This document shows, piece by piece, positions 44,211-62,759 of a stretch of 64,000 bases of DNA; the first letter of the stretch is position 1; the number at the start of each line of letters is the position of its first letter. The position numbers and the translations under genes are program-made. The DNA lies in contig CAVNZM010000014.1 of NCBI GenBank assembly GCA_963693365.1, positions 6,448,001 through 6,512,000 on the forward strand. The letters run 5' to 3'. The stretch is from Amoebidium appalachense (taxonomy: Eukaryota > Protista > Ichthyosporea). The notes under the pieces are model-generated. The model was not told the DNA's origin. It searched no databases and saw only the letters and a list, made by a program, of their open reading frames with translations.

Positions 44211-45651
44211 GCTTGCCATGTTTGAAATAAACGCGGCGCTAAAAAAATCGAAAGGAAAGGTGGTGGTGGTGGGAATGTGTGCGATTGTGCGTGTATGAGA
44301 GGGCATCCCTGGAGGATGTCTGTGTGCTTGTTTTGCTGTGAGAGATGTGGGTGGCACGCTGTGAGTAAAGTCCGGTGTGTGGCCTTTACCGTTCGTGCAC
44401 GAGAACAAGCAATGTTGTAGGGACACATCTTGCGCACACACAGGGGCATGCGCGAGCAGGCGCAACATACGTACGCGCACATACAGGGTCACAGTTGTAC
44501 GCCAATCGTTGCACGTACTCACTTCAAACAATAATGCACATAACTGCATGCACACTCGACCAAACACACATTATCAAACAGTCTGGATCTCTCAGGACCT
44601 CTGCCCCCGCCTCCACCTGTCCTCTTCCCTCTTCCTTTCCCCTTCTCTCCTGTCTTTCTGGACAACACACGTGCATGCATCCATGGTCGGCATGCAACAT
44701 CAACACGCACACCAGGAATGCCAAAGACACACTAAGGCTACTCACACTCAACACATGCTTGTACACGAGCACGCGCGCAAGTGTGTTGTATGATGATTCA
44801 TCGAATCACACAAGACTCAAAACCGGTCCTTGGTCCATTGTGCCGGCCCGAGGAGGTTTTTGTGCGCTTAAGGGGGGGGGGGGGCAAGGGCGGCCTACGC
44901 TGCCATCAATCAGACTAACCTGTGCTGTATACGCGTTGGACAGTGGTTGATCATTACAGTAACTGAATTGCACGCAGCCGTATATAATAGAGACGGCCTT
45001 CTTCACATAACAGTACAATCGGCTACACACTCAAGTGACCCCACGGAGCCTCCCCCACCACCAGGCCCACCCACCCACCCACATCCCGTTTTCCGAATGT
45101 ATACACCTTTTAAATTTCACACACACATGTGCACCCACCAAAACCCAAACCACACACACGCAGCCAGCATGCCCATCCTGCAGACACACCCACAGAACCA
45201 ACCAACCATATAACACTGCGCTAGGCTCCTAGACGACTACACCGCAGCCACACTCCATGTCCAACACCATGTTCTGCTAGTTAGCAACCCACCACCACCA
45301 GTCCCCTCCACCCATCCATATCCCCCGTAGGCCCCACCCACACCACACTACACATGCCACCACTTTAGACGAACCAATGAGAACCCGGGTTTAACGCCTT
45401 TATTACGGTACGTCTTGAGTGGAGGGGAAGCCTGGTGCTACCCACCGCCGTGGCTGGGGTGAAAGTGTGTGCTTAATAGTTAGGATTGTCACAAAAGTGT
45501 TAGCTTAGCTAATAATACCGTAACACCCTAGCTGGAGTACTGTCGATGCTGGATGGAAGACGGTAGTTCCCCCAGAGGGCCGAAAGGGTCTCTCCGGGAC
45601 TAAAAACGGGATATAAAAAAAATAAAAAAAATAAAAAAAATCACACACACA

Positions 45652-45730
<79 letters not shown>

Positions 45731-45772
45731 ACACATAGACGCGGGCGCACACGCACACGCGCGCGCGCACAC

Positions 45773-45816
<44 letters not shown>

Positions 45817-46236
45817 ACACTTGCACACATGTGCTCACATGTAAAAATACACATACTTTTGCACGTACCAGCAGGACGGGATTTGCGCACCTCATGCATG
45901 ATGACTCGTGTACCATCGTGCACCTTGTATTCAAACATAGTACCACACACGCGCTAGGTGTACACACAACCTGCACACACGGACATGCAGATACATTTAC
46001 ACTAGGATTTATGGCAGTCAGCCGTACATGTGTACACGTCACATATGATACACAAATTGTTTCACTCACAGTTTCAAAACATGGCCCGGAGAAAGACAAT
46101 TACTTTCCAGTCACTCGCTCACACATGTGCACTGTTGGCACGTCGCACAAAAATGCACTGTCAAAATGCACTACTGGGCCCGTTGGCGACCACAGCATCA
46201 GAACCAACTTGCTGCGAGTTGAATTATTTGCAACAA

Positions 46237-46520
46237 CAGAATTATTCTGCAATTGGAGCAAGTTTGATCTGCTGCTGCGAGTAGATAACTCTGTTTTTTG
46301 CAGAAAAATACAGCTCAGAGCGAAACGAATATGCTCAAAGCAGAATAATTCTGCAAAAATCAGAAAGTTTTCTGCTTTTGCTGAATAATTCTACCTTTTG
46401 CAGAAAATTTCTGCTCAGATCAGAATAATTCTGCTTTTGCTGAATAATTCTATCTTTTGCAGAATATTTCTGCACAGAGCAGAATTTGCCGAATAATTCT
46501 GCCTTTTGCAGAATAATTCT
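46237..46520. repeat. Array of palindromic GCAGAATAATTCTGC units
   Basis: About a dozen degenerate copies at 19-20 bp spacing with a roughly 59-bp higher-order duplication. Confidence 0.85.
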
Positions 46521-46628
46521 TCTTTTTGTTTATTCTGCTGATTCTGGTAATGTGGTTGGGGCCCCCTCGATGTGGTCTGACCCGATCAATTGCAATGGCA
46601 CGTGCCCGCACAAACGCGCGCGCGCGCG

Positions 46629-46745
<117 letters not shown>

Positions 46746-47112
46746 ACACACACACACAGTCACACAGGCAAACACACACACAATCACGCACTTCACTCAC
46801 AAGCCTTCTGACAGGCTGCAGGCGCACACACAGGCGTGCACTCAGAGGGCCTTTTAGTAGTAAAACATTTGTTTCTCTCCCTTCTACATTCTTTCTCACC
46901 CTGGGTTCCGGCGTCCCACCAAATTTCACCCCCCTCCCTCCCCCCCCCCAACGCCCGCCCGCCCGCCGCCACTCTCTCTCTCTCTTTCTTTCTCCACAAC
47001 CCCCCCCCCCCCCCCCCCCCCCACCCACACCCACCTCTCTGACACATCCACGGGCAGGCAGGTACATCCAACACGCGTGCGTGTGCGTGTGGACACGTGC
47101 ACAGACGTCGTA

Positions 47113-47143
<31 letters not shown>

Positions 47144-47487
47144 GCAAGATACGGACCAAATCGTGCACATTGTTGTATCCAACCAGACAACACTGTGCTC
47201 ACACGGACACACAACTGAGAAACACAACACTGGTCCAATAGTAGTGGGCCATAACTGATGATTGAAGAGCTGATCGGACTGAATCTAAAATGTTGTTCAA
47301 CGGTGGGGAAAGGGAGGAGGGGTGCTAGAAGAATAGGGAAAAGAGGTGACGGGGTGGGGGGTGGGGATGGGGGTGGGGGTGGGTGGTTGGGTGGGTGGGG
47401 GGGGGGGGGGGGGGGGGGGGGGGGGATTCACCCACTTTTGCGGTTAATTTGGCGATGCTTTTTTTTTTTTTTTTTTTTTCCTGTTTT

Positions 47488-47518
<31 letters not shown>

Positions 47519-47792
47519 GGGAGGGGGGGGGAGGAGGGGGGGGGGGGGGGGGGAAAGACCCGGACGTGCAAGTGATAAGCACATGGAGTTCGGAGAGCCT
47601 AGGCAGGGGTGAGGAAGTGAGAAACAGGGCTTCGAGGACTCAGAACCCCGTCCTCCTGGGGAGAGGGGAGAGGGGAGGGGGGGGGGGGGAGGGGGGAGTA
47701 CTCACCCGACTTGCGCCTACCTTCCCCCCTCCTCCCCCTCCCCCTTGCTCCCGTGGCTTTGCGTAGCCGGGATCATATGATCACTCTAACCC

Positions 47793-47830
<38 letters not shown>

Positions 47831-48184
47831 GGTCCACCGCCACCACGACTACCACCATCATTACTGTCGGTGTTGTATGGTAGACGGTAGTTCTCTATCT
47901 CGAGGGCCTGCAAAGGTCCTCCGGGAACAAAACGTAATAAAATAAGGTAAAATAAAAAAACACCACCACCACCGGGACCTCCCCTCGCCCTCCTGCACAA
48001 GGCATTTCTTGGAGCAAGAACTTTAACTTTTAGTAAATTATTGATAATATACCAGCCGTAGTCCAGGCTCAACTATTTATTATTGGGTTGTAGGTGTGGG
48101 GCTTACGCACTATCTATTGCTATGGACATGCCTGGGGCCCGGACCCGGCCTCACTTGACGGCCTGCTGCGTTTTCCATCCCCGA

Positions 48185-48248
<64 letters not shown>

Positions 48249-48773
48249 TTTGACCCCCCTACTGGAGGCTAGCTAGGAGACTACGGACTCAGGAGGCCCC
48301 CGGGGGAGGGGGGGGGGGGGGGGGGGGGAAGGAGGAGGGGGGACGGGGAGGGCAAGATACTATGGGGTGCCATTTACCATGTACATTATTGCCGCTTAAG
48401 ATTTTCATTTTTCTCCGCTACCTTTTCTTGCACTTCACTATTTTACCTGCAACGTTAGCTGCATGCGAAGGCTAATGATAATCATAGTATCGCGTGCACA
48501 CTGCTGCATCCCCATACTATTATTATTAGACTAATCAAATATAAGAACTGTGCCGCGTTCATTAATAAATTTACAAAATATAAACAGTGTGCACATGGGA
48601 ACTTGCGGGCTCAGCTGGCTTCCATGCATATGGAGTCCGACCGACAGCGAATTCATAATCAGAGTTCAGTTTCTTATTATTATTATTATTATTATTATTA
48701 TTTAGTTTTTTTTTTTGGGGGGGGGGTGGGGGGGGGAGGGGGGGAAGGGGGGCGGGGGAGGGGAGCCTCAAGG

Positions 48774-48806
<33 letters not shown>

Positions 48807-48911
48807 TGTGTGTGTATGTGTGTGTGTGTGCGTGTGTGTGTGCGTGTGTGTGCGTGTCACACGGTGTATGTGTGTTGTGTATATGTGTGTGTGTGCATGT
48901 GTGTGCCACTC

Positions 48912-48984
<73 letters not shown>

Positions 48985-49360
48985 GAACCGTTTTGTGTGT
49001 GGGTGTGCCCCGGGGGGAGGGGGGGGGGGGGGGATGTCGGCACCAGGACCCATTCTTATTATTGCATATGTGGCCATGGCTTGCAAGCATGAAATGGAAT
49101 TCAATCGGTTGGCATTGGCAAGGATGGAACGGTGATGAAATCATGGAACTCCATGGAAGGCCAGAGGCTGGACGTGCACGCGTACGTGCTCACACGTGGT
49201 GTACATACAAAGCACAGACCTCGACAGTACTGGCACGCTCGTGACTCACGTGAGCCCGGCCTCCCGGGTGGCTCAGTAGTTCGACAATGGAATGCGGTTT
49301 GGTTAACCCAGGATATGAATAATTGGTTGCTATATTTAGTCGATGACGAAATAGATTGTC

Positions 49361-49470
49361 TGATTGGCGAGCTCTACGCCCACAAGTTCATGCACGAAAG
49401 AAAATAAACAAAGGCTTCAAGGCAAACCGCCAAATGCTTGCCATTAGCTTGTTGTAGCTCGGGTATATAA
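49361..49470 (+). promoter_or_regulatory. CCAAT (reverse) plus TATA upstream of the DUF1772 gene
   Basis: TGATTGG at 49361 and TATATAA at 49464-49470, about 80 nt before the ATG at 49552. Confidence 0.55.
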
Positions 49471-49551
49471 CCCCCCCCCCACACACAAGCATGCATTCAG
49501 AACACAGCAACACTAAAAACACGCGGTGAAGGTCTACTATTCTTTGCAAAC

Positions 49552-53404
<3,853 letters not shown>

Positions 53405-53777
53405 ATGTTTGAGTGTGCATGTGCATGTGCACGTCTGTTTGGGAGACGAGAAGTATGTATGAATGCGTAGGGTATAGGTTGAAGTTGTTGAAGACTTCTT
53501 TTTTGTTAAGGGTTGTCATGGAGAGAACGAGATAAATGCATGTATTCATGTTGTATGGCAGGTGAGCAATATATAAAGTTGGCTTAATTGAGTTTTAGAG
53601 GATCATAGTATAGAACTAAATTATTATGTTATTGAGAACGGAATGTGTTCTATAGTATAGATGCCGATGTAGGGAGCAACGAGTGACCAAACCACATTCC
53701 TATTCATATTGAAATAAAGCTATGAGAAGACAAAACTCGGACTACTCTGCCTGATTAGTCTTCTATTTTTATTGTAT

Positions 53778-53851
<74 letters not shown>

Positions 53852-54252
53852 TGTGTTTATGGTGTGTGTGTGTGTGTGTGTTTGAGCAAGTGTGTGTCCG
53901 GGTGTGTGTGTGGGTGTGTCTGAGTGTATGTCGTGTGTGTATGTGTGTGCGCGCGCGCCCTTGCCGAAGTAATGTTCAACGTATGCATCATGATGAATCG
54001 AATGCGGGGTGAACTTGTGAAAAGCCTTCGGAAACTTTTTAAGTCAAGAGAGTGTGTTGGTGTTTCATAGAAGAACAAACGGGAGGAAGGAAGAAAGTTG
54101 AACTTGAAGGCATGCGATAGAGTGTATGTTCCGTTAATTGGGCACCCGAATGGGTCGACTTGGTTGTCGTTTTTCGATTTTGAGGATACTAAGAGAAAAA
54201 TAAAAATACACACACCTGGCACGCGCGTGTGCACCGCGAGCGCGCGCATGTG

Positions 54253-54307
<55 letters not shown>

Positions 54308-54608
54308 ATGTATGTACATATGTATCGGCGGTTGCGTGCACACATAGGTGTGCTTGCATGCGTTCGTGCACGTGCGCGTGCACGTGTGTTTTGTGTGCCT
54401 GTGTGTGTTTGTGTGCGTGTACATGTGTACGTGTGTGTGTATGTCCACGACGTCGTGAAACTGAGTGGGTGCACGTGTGTGTGTGTGCCCACCCACGCAT
54501 GTGGGTGTGTGTGTGCTCGCGCACGGGCATGTCTGTGCGTCCGTGCACGCGCAGGTGTGTGCGTGGATATGATGTGTGCGCGCGTGTAGGTGCTTCCGTG
54601 CATGTGTG

Positions 54609-54690
<82 letters not shown>

Positions 54691-54945
54691 CGTTTCTGTG
54701 TTCCTGTGTGCATACGGTGTGCGGCATGCATGTATATGGGCCCCGGGGGTAGCAAACAGATTAATCTCAACTCAGCCGATTTATCCAGTTTTTATCTCAG
54801 TGTCAAACTGCCAGATGACCTCAATTCAAGCAAACAAGTATTGTGCGGATTCAGGAGAAATTTCAGCAATAAAAACCTAAGATGACGAAGTACACCAGGA
54901 ATTCGGAACTATAATAGAATGGCCAAACGGATGAAACACCGAAGT

Positions 54946-55023
<78 letters not shown>

Positions 55024-55033
55024 GTGCTCGTGA

Positions 55034-55128
<95 letters not shown>

Positions 55129-56052
55129 CGCGCAAGCCTGTTTGCGATTGTGTGTGTGGTGAATATACGTGTGCATGTGTGTGTGCGGGTGGATTCGCAT
55201 GTGTCCGGTGTATGTGGTTGTCGTGTGTGAGGTAGTTAGGAAGGAAGGGAGGGAGGTGGGGAGGGAGGGAGGGAGGGAGGAAGGGAGGGAGGGAGGAAGG
55301 AGGAAGGGATGATGGGTAGAGTAGGGCAGGGAGGGGAGCCGATAGATAGGAGCGCAAGAGGGAGAGCCAAATGTTTGTATGTGTGTGCATGATTTCTATT
55401 TCAACTTTCACCTTACGTCCTTTTAAATAATATTTCTATCTCGTATTCAGATACACGCAAACACATCCACATGTCAATAATACACCATGCATATATCACT
55501 TTAATGTACATCTTGGCTCAACCATTCATGCAAAAGGAATCTCTTAAAAAGCTGACAGCAATTCAGACAGCTCTTAACCTCTTCGGGCCGGCACTAATCG
55601 ATTTGGCCAGCAGCCGGCCAGCTCTAAACAACTCTATTGCGGCTCAAAATCGATTGAAAAAGCGCAAATAAATTGTAAATATCGACACATATGTCCTGCC
55701 TACATACGTTTCTAGGTCGGTTTCGGGGAATATATCATTATTTCGTACCCTTTTGTATCTGTTTATGAAGTGACTATCTCGGGAAATCTGCCGGTATGAA
55801 CATGTAAAAGAACCACTTCTAACCAACACCTTAACCTCAACCCAAGCTGATACCGTTTCTGTTGCTGCTGTCTGCCAGAGCCGCAAGTTGGGCCAACGTC
55901 CACTCAGCAGCTCTCGTCTGCAGGGTTTGAAATTGATTGGTTATTCAGATAAATGGACATGTGGGTAAGCTTGAGGAGGGGATGGGAGGTTGGGGTTGGG
56001 GTGCTTGTGTGTTTGCGGGGGAAGGGGGGGCGGGGCGGGGGAGGGAGGGAGG

Positions 56053-56190
<138 letters not shown>

Positions 56191-56199
56191 TGTGCAAAA

Positions 56200-57645
56200 C
56201 CAGGGGCGGAATGTAGGCGGAATGTAAGCGTTTGCACGCGGCGAGGGGTTGAAGCGACGTGAAGGTACCGGTGTCATCGAGAGAGATGCTTTGGAGGGGT
56301 AGGTCGGAGAGTGGTTCGATTGAAGAAAGTTCACATTCCAGAATCCTTAAGTCGATTAACTGTGTGCATGAACGCAGCCAATCAATGTTGTCCAAGGCCA
56401 TATTATACAATGAAAGGGTTTTGATTGGGTTTCCCGCGAGCGCCGCGAAGACGTCGGTTGTCGATTGCGCAAACACGTCCCTGAACTCAGAAAAGGTTAA
56501 ATATACCGCCTGGAGGTGGTTAAGAGAACACGGCGGACCCAGTGTGGAAATATCAACATTCTTCACCGCAACATATTGCACGTTTGGAAAGTCGGCAAGA
56601 GAAAACTCGCACGGCTCCCAGCCATTTTCGAGAATAATGGTGGTGAGGTTCGTTATGCCCAGGCGGGCAAGCTCTGACCACCTGCTCGCACACCCTGTCC
56701 GAGAGACGCACACCGCAAAGTGTATTAGCCGATCCGGCCAAGAACCCAACACCCACCCCCGGTTCCTCCTCACTCAGGCTGTGATACAACAAAGACGCCT
56801 CCACTAGCCCCGTAATCTCTCCAATGACCGTGATCTGCGCAACACCTCTCATTTTCAAGCGACGTAACGCCGGGAGGGCGGGAATATTGGAAAATGAACA
56901 TTTTTCTCAAAGTCCGCATCGATTGAAAGGGTGTGAAGTTGCGTACATGCCGCCAACAGAGTCAAATCCAAAACGGAAACGTCGACATTGTCGAGACTTA
57001 AAGCGCGCAGGTTTGTAGCCGTACACATGAACCCTATTCCGTCTTGGTACACATCGCCACCGCCGATTTCCAAAGCACGAATTTCCGGTGCGCACTGTAT
57101 GACGGATCTCACCGCGGCGATAGACGGGCCCCCAAACTCTATCTTCGCCGTGCGTAGATGTATCCTTTGCCCTTTGACCGATTCGCGCCACCTAAACCCG
57201 ACAACACACAACCCGTTGAGATTGGGACAGCGATCCCAAAGAAACGAAACTAGCGCCGCTTCTCGCGCCCAGTTTCGACGAACACCCACGTACCATGGAT
57301 ACTGCAAGCTGACGATCAGGTCTTTTAATTGGTTCCCGCGTCTCATCAACACTGGCCGCAAAAGTGGTTCCAAATCACTCATATAGCTCTGGCTGGAAAT
57401 TTTCCACTTAACCTCCAAACGGGTCAGGTTTGGAAGAGACAACAACGCAAACACAAATGCGGCGGTCTGAAAAGATTTCGCTTCGCCGTCCGTGGCTTCG
57501 AAATGTTCAATGTGCATCTCGACACCGCCAATCGACTCTGCCCACGCGTGAATGAAAAGGGTGAATGCACACACCCATGATTCAGACGCCCAAATATCCA
57601 CCTTTTTTACTCCTTTCACAAAAGGAATGCCTATCGTGAGAAGAC
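56200..57645 (-). pseudogene. Leucine-rich-repeat-like coding exon with two compensating frameshifts
   Basis: LxxLxL repeats ([54 protein letters not shown]); acceptor at 57646-57648; the LRR-like frame changes near 56892 and returns near 56680-56700. Confidence 0.65.
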
Positions 57646-57840
57646 CTGCGTGGACACTGCGTGCGACGGTGCAGAGGGCGTGGCATGTTGCCGAAACTGA
57701 GCATCGGTCGGTGAGGGGCAGGTGGCTGACAATGCACCCGAGCAGCTCATGGGGTAGATATGACAGCGGGCAGGCTGGAGGGGGGACGGGGGGGGGAGGC
57801 GCGGTTAGAAGGTGTTATATGGAACGAAATACACATTCAT

Positions 57841-57893
57841 AACGGAAGACATAATGCAGAGTCCATACCACACATAAGAGTATGCACAGTAAG

Positions 57894-57895
<2 letters not shown>
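57841..57895 (-). repeat. Dispersed intronic element, 5'-truncated short form (copy D)
   Basis: aacggaagacataatgcagagtccataccacacataagagtatgcacagtaagca aligns with copy B; it lies in the intron upstream of the LRR exon. Confidence 0.75.
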
Positions 57896-57971
<76 letters not shown>

Positions 57972-57972
57972 A

Positions 57973-58023
<51 letters not shown>

Positions 58024-58715
58024 GGGTTTTTTTCAAAATCGGTAATAGTTTTACAAGGTATGGCGGGGCTTTTGGTGGTGTCTGTTAAGAGCGTCAAGCA
58101 TAATATTTTAAAATTATAATAAATTATAAAATTTTAATGCCCGGATGCATGCTTGCATACCCGGAGTGTCTGCTCAATTTTTACGTTTCTCATTTTCTCA
58201 CCCATCTTACGACCCACAACTTATAAAATATCAATCTAAACTCCCTCTCAATCATTCACCTGTGTGTCAACCCCCCCCCCCCCCCCCTTTCCCCCTCCTC
58301 CTCCCGTCCGGGACCACTCTTTCTTTCCCTGCTCTCTTTGAAAGAAAAAGCATCTCTTATCCCGCTTGACCCTGCAACCACACCTGCCTGATCCCTCTCC
58401 ATTGACTTTCCTTGCATTTCACACCCCTTCCAACCAAACCCTCCCTTCCCGCCTCTCCTCCCCACGCACACACCCCTCTTTCCCTCCCTTCCCAAGCTGA
58501 CGAATTTAGGCTGCCTTTTTCTACATTTCCCAAATAACCACCTCATTATTGTTCCTTTTCGTGTGTCCCCTTCTCCCCCCCTCCCCCCCCCCCAGTGAGA
58601 GGGAGGGGGAGAGAGAGAGAGGGAGAGGGAGAGGGAGAGGGAGAAAGAGGGAGAGGGATCGAGGGACAGGGAGAAAGAAAGACAGAGACAGAGGAGAAAA
58701 AGGAAGGGGAGAGGG

Positions 58716-58771
<56 letters not shown>

Positions 58772-60678
58772 GTGAGTGAGTGAGTGAGAGAGAGTGTGTG
58801 TGTGTGTGTGTGTGCGTGTGTGTGTATGTGTGTGTGTGCGCGCGCACGTGTGAGCGTGAGTGTATTTGAAGATAGAAGGGCAAAGAGGAGGCCTGAGAGC
58901 GCGGGGGAGAAGGGGGGGGGGGGGAAAGGGGGAAGAGGCAGAGAAAGACACAGGGGGGCAGAGAGAGGAGGACAGAGAGAGGCACGCATGACCAGGGGAA
59001 GGGGGGGGGGAGGGGGGGCTGAGGTTAACAGGGAGGGGGGAGAAGACAGAGAAAGCAGAAAGGGAGGGGAGGAGAGAGAGGGCCAGGGGATGAACGGGTG
59101 AGAGAGTGAGAGAGCGGGAAAGAGAGCGACATGGGAAGAGAGAGCTGTAGAGAGAAGAGACAGAGAAAGTGGAGGAAAGGGAGGAGGAAGACGGGGGGGG
59201 GGGGAGGGGGGAGCGGGGCGAGGGGGGGAGCGGATAGAGCGAGAGGGAGAGACAAGGACAGAGGAGGAAGGGAGGGGGAAAGAGAGAGAGGGCAAAAAAA
59301 ACGGGTGGGGGATTGGAGGGAGGGAGGGAGGGAGGGGAGAGAGGGGCGGGCGGGTGGAGGGGGGGGGGGACGGAGGGAGGGCGGGAGGGAGGGAGCGAGC
59401 GAGGGAGGGAGGGAGGGAGGGAGAGAGAGAGAGAGAGAGAGAGGGGACGGGGGGGGGGGGGCGGGGAAGAGAGAGAGAGAGAGAAGAGGAAGAGAGAGAG
59501 ACAAGAGAGAGGGAGGGGGGGGGGGGGAAGAGAGAGAGGGGGGAGGGGGAGGGGAGAGGAGAGGGAAAGAGAAAAGGAGGGGGGGGGGGGGGGGGGAACA
59601 ACGTGACGTCCCCATGGAGGGGGAGGTAGGAATGAAGAAACACAGTGATCCCAAACCATCAGCCTGACGAGCGGAAGGCTCAGCATGGAAAACCATGTAC
59701 TGAAAACACGAAGTTCATCGTGATCCACCGCCTTCACCTAATAAATTTTTTTTAAAAAAGGAAAGAAAGAAAGAAAGATAATGGCTAATGAAGGTGAGCA
59801 GAAGATAGAGAGATGTAGATGGGGACGCGGGGAGAGGGGGGTTCCCGGGGGGGGGGGGGGGGGGGGGAGATGGTGAAGGTTGGGGGAGGGGGACGGAGGG
59901 AAAAGGCGGGCAAGAGGGAGGGGAGGGGGGGGGGGGGGGGGGGGAGAACCTTTACTGGTGTCTGCCGGCTCTATAACTCCGTGCTGGCCGGATGAAGTCA
60001 TGTTGGGAAGAAGCAGCTACCTGTGCTGTTGCGTGTGGGCATGGGAGAAGAGATGGCAACAGGGTGGGCAAATGACCCAAAGATTATTTCTCACTTTTGC
60101 GTTTCAATATGTTTCAATACATGTTTGTGCAGATAATCCTGAAAAGGAAGAAAGACAAACTAAAGACGTAAAGGCAAAGTGCGTACACAGTTTTACATGC
60201 GAAAAAAGTAATGGTTTCTTCAGAGTCGTGACCATGTCTGACAGAAACTGTATGCTGCTTCTTTCGAGGATGTCGTCTATAAACTGATGGAGCTTTGGCT
60301 GATCGCTGAAGCTATCCTCGAAAGAATCGCAGATCATTGGAGCACCATGTACATACACATGCACCCGAACATGTGTGTCCGTTTGCAACCATACGCCCAC
60401 ATTCAAACACACACAAGACACACACACAGGACACACGCACAAACACACACATGCAGGGCATGGGGCCGCGGCGGGGGGGGGGGGGGGGGGGGGGGGAAGG
60501 GGGGGGAGGGGGAGGGGGGGGGCACACGCACACACACGCATACACATACAGACACATAAACATGCACATACGCTCACACGGACACACACACTAACTGACT
60601 CCAAATTGCGCGAGCACACAGACACACACATACACGCCCGCGTGCGCACACGCACAGACACACACACACACACACACA

Positions 60679-60723
<45 letters not shown>

Positions 60724-60773
60724 CCTCCCTCCCTCCCTCCCTCCCTCTCTCTCTCTTTGAAACACTGCCTCAC

Positions 60774-61080
60774 CGACTGTATAGCATGTCCCCATCTCAT
60801 GACGAACACCGTAAACAAAAACTGTCTTTGCATATCCGCCAATACACCCCGTCCTCTCAAACACTTTCACATTATCATAACCCAACCCCGTCAGCATGTG
60901 CACAGTCGATATCCCCGCAGGCCCAGCCCCCACCACGGCTATTCTGCTCTGCCGGGTGAACGGTGGCTGGGTGTTTGCTGTGCACGGTGGGAGGGTGGGA
61001 AGGGGCTTTGTGCAGTGCTCTTGGGCAGGAACATCCAAGAAACTGAGGTCCGGTAGAAAGGGTACAGCTGCACGTGGTAT

Positions 61081-61146
<66 letters not shown>

Positions 61147-61728
61147 CATGTATACGGGGGTTTTTTTTTTTTTGGGGGGGGGGGGGGGGGGATAGAATTT
61201 GGTTTCATGACACACACAAATAATCTCAATGGCTAAGCCAGGAATCACTTTGCCCAGCCTGGGTCGCCCTAGGCTCGCTAAAATTCCGGCTGATAGGCGT
61301 ATCTGATTGCAATTGGTGTTCCCGTCCATTTCTGTACTTGGCAGGTTGCCACCCAACCGCCCTTTCCCCCCCTCCCCCTCCCCCACCCCCCCCCCACCCC
61401 CCCCCCCCCACCCCCACCCCCCCCTCCTTGTTCTCTCTAAACCCAATCTCGGCCGACCGAGGCTGGGCATTAGGCGTTTAGAAGCGAGGAATGGGGAAAA
61501 AAATAACCATTAGTGATACAGTAACTTCTATATAGATGCTGATGATCCTGTAAACAAAAAAACCTGCACGGTGCAGAGCCAATCACAATGTCGCAACCAA
61601 CTGTTGGAATGCAAAATTCAGATCTGCTGATATGATTGGTGGATCTGTACCTGCGGCTGTGAGTGGCTGGGTGGTGCCTTCAGCCTGCAGGTTGGAGAGG
61701 ATGCTCTGAAGGAGGTGGCCTGTGTGGC
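60774..61728 (-). CDS. FAD-dependent oxidoreductase N-terminal (Rossmann) fragment, exons 61651-61728 and 60774-61067
   Basis: RIAVVGAGPAGIS...GYDNVKVFER...IGGYAKT...HEMGTCY (GxGxxG and GG motifs); gtgag donor at 60773; the upstream exon is phase-compatible but less certain; the rest of the enzyme was not found. Confidence 0.7.
61251..61469. repeat. 22-bp imperfect inverted repeat pair (MITE-like)
   Basis: tgcccagcctgggtcgccctag versus the reverse complement of ctcggccgaccgaggctgggca, 19/22 identical. Confidence 0.55.
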
Positions 61729-62153
61729 CTGCAGGGAGAGAGGAATGTTAGGCCCCACTGGCTCAGAAAGTGAAAGGGAAGAGCCTCCATGGGAGCAGTA
61801 GCAACTTAATTTTTTTGGTTTGCAGAGCCAGAGAAGAGGAACTTCACGAGATATGCAAAGGACTACAGTGGAGAGTGGCACTACACGCACGCATACCCAC
61901 ATGCACCCAAGTCTACTGTGATAACGACACGCACTGCACACGCCTACATAGTCGTGTAATGATGAACAAACACACACGCGCGTGCGCCCGTCCGCACACA
62001 CACGCACACGTACGCGGCGCCGCGCGTGCTGGCTCACATGCTGACACACCGCGACATCAATGATTCACTTATATACATGCGCAATAATACACGCATATCT
62101 AAATTACTACTTTGGCACACCAGGCACAATTGCGCATGCGCATGTGCAAGCAT

Positions 62154-62225
<72 letters not shown>

Positions 62226-62458
62226 CACACACACACACACACACACACACAGAACACACACACACAAACACATATAAACGTAACCCACACACACACTGGG
62301 ACACGTGAAGCGCACACACACCTACACACACTTACACATACATGCGCGCGCACATGTGCAAACTTTCTCGCGTCCCACAAAGATCTACGGACCTTGTGGT
62401 AAGGCACACATGCAGACGGGCACGCACGCACACACGCACTGAGACACACACACACACG

Positions 62459-62527
<69 letters not shown>

Positions 62528-62635
62528 TCACAACATGCACACTTCACGTCACACACGCGCGCACACACGCACGCCGCACGCACTCACATGCGTGCTGTAC
62601 ACACACACGCTCACACACACACGCACGCGCGCGCG

Positions 62636-62759
<124 letters not shown>

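Noticed and set aside
47786-47800. Telomere-like TAACCC units
   Set aside because: Only two units merging into poly-C.
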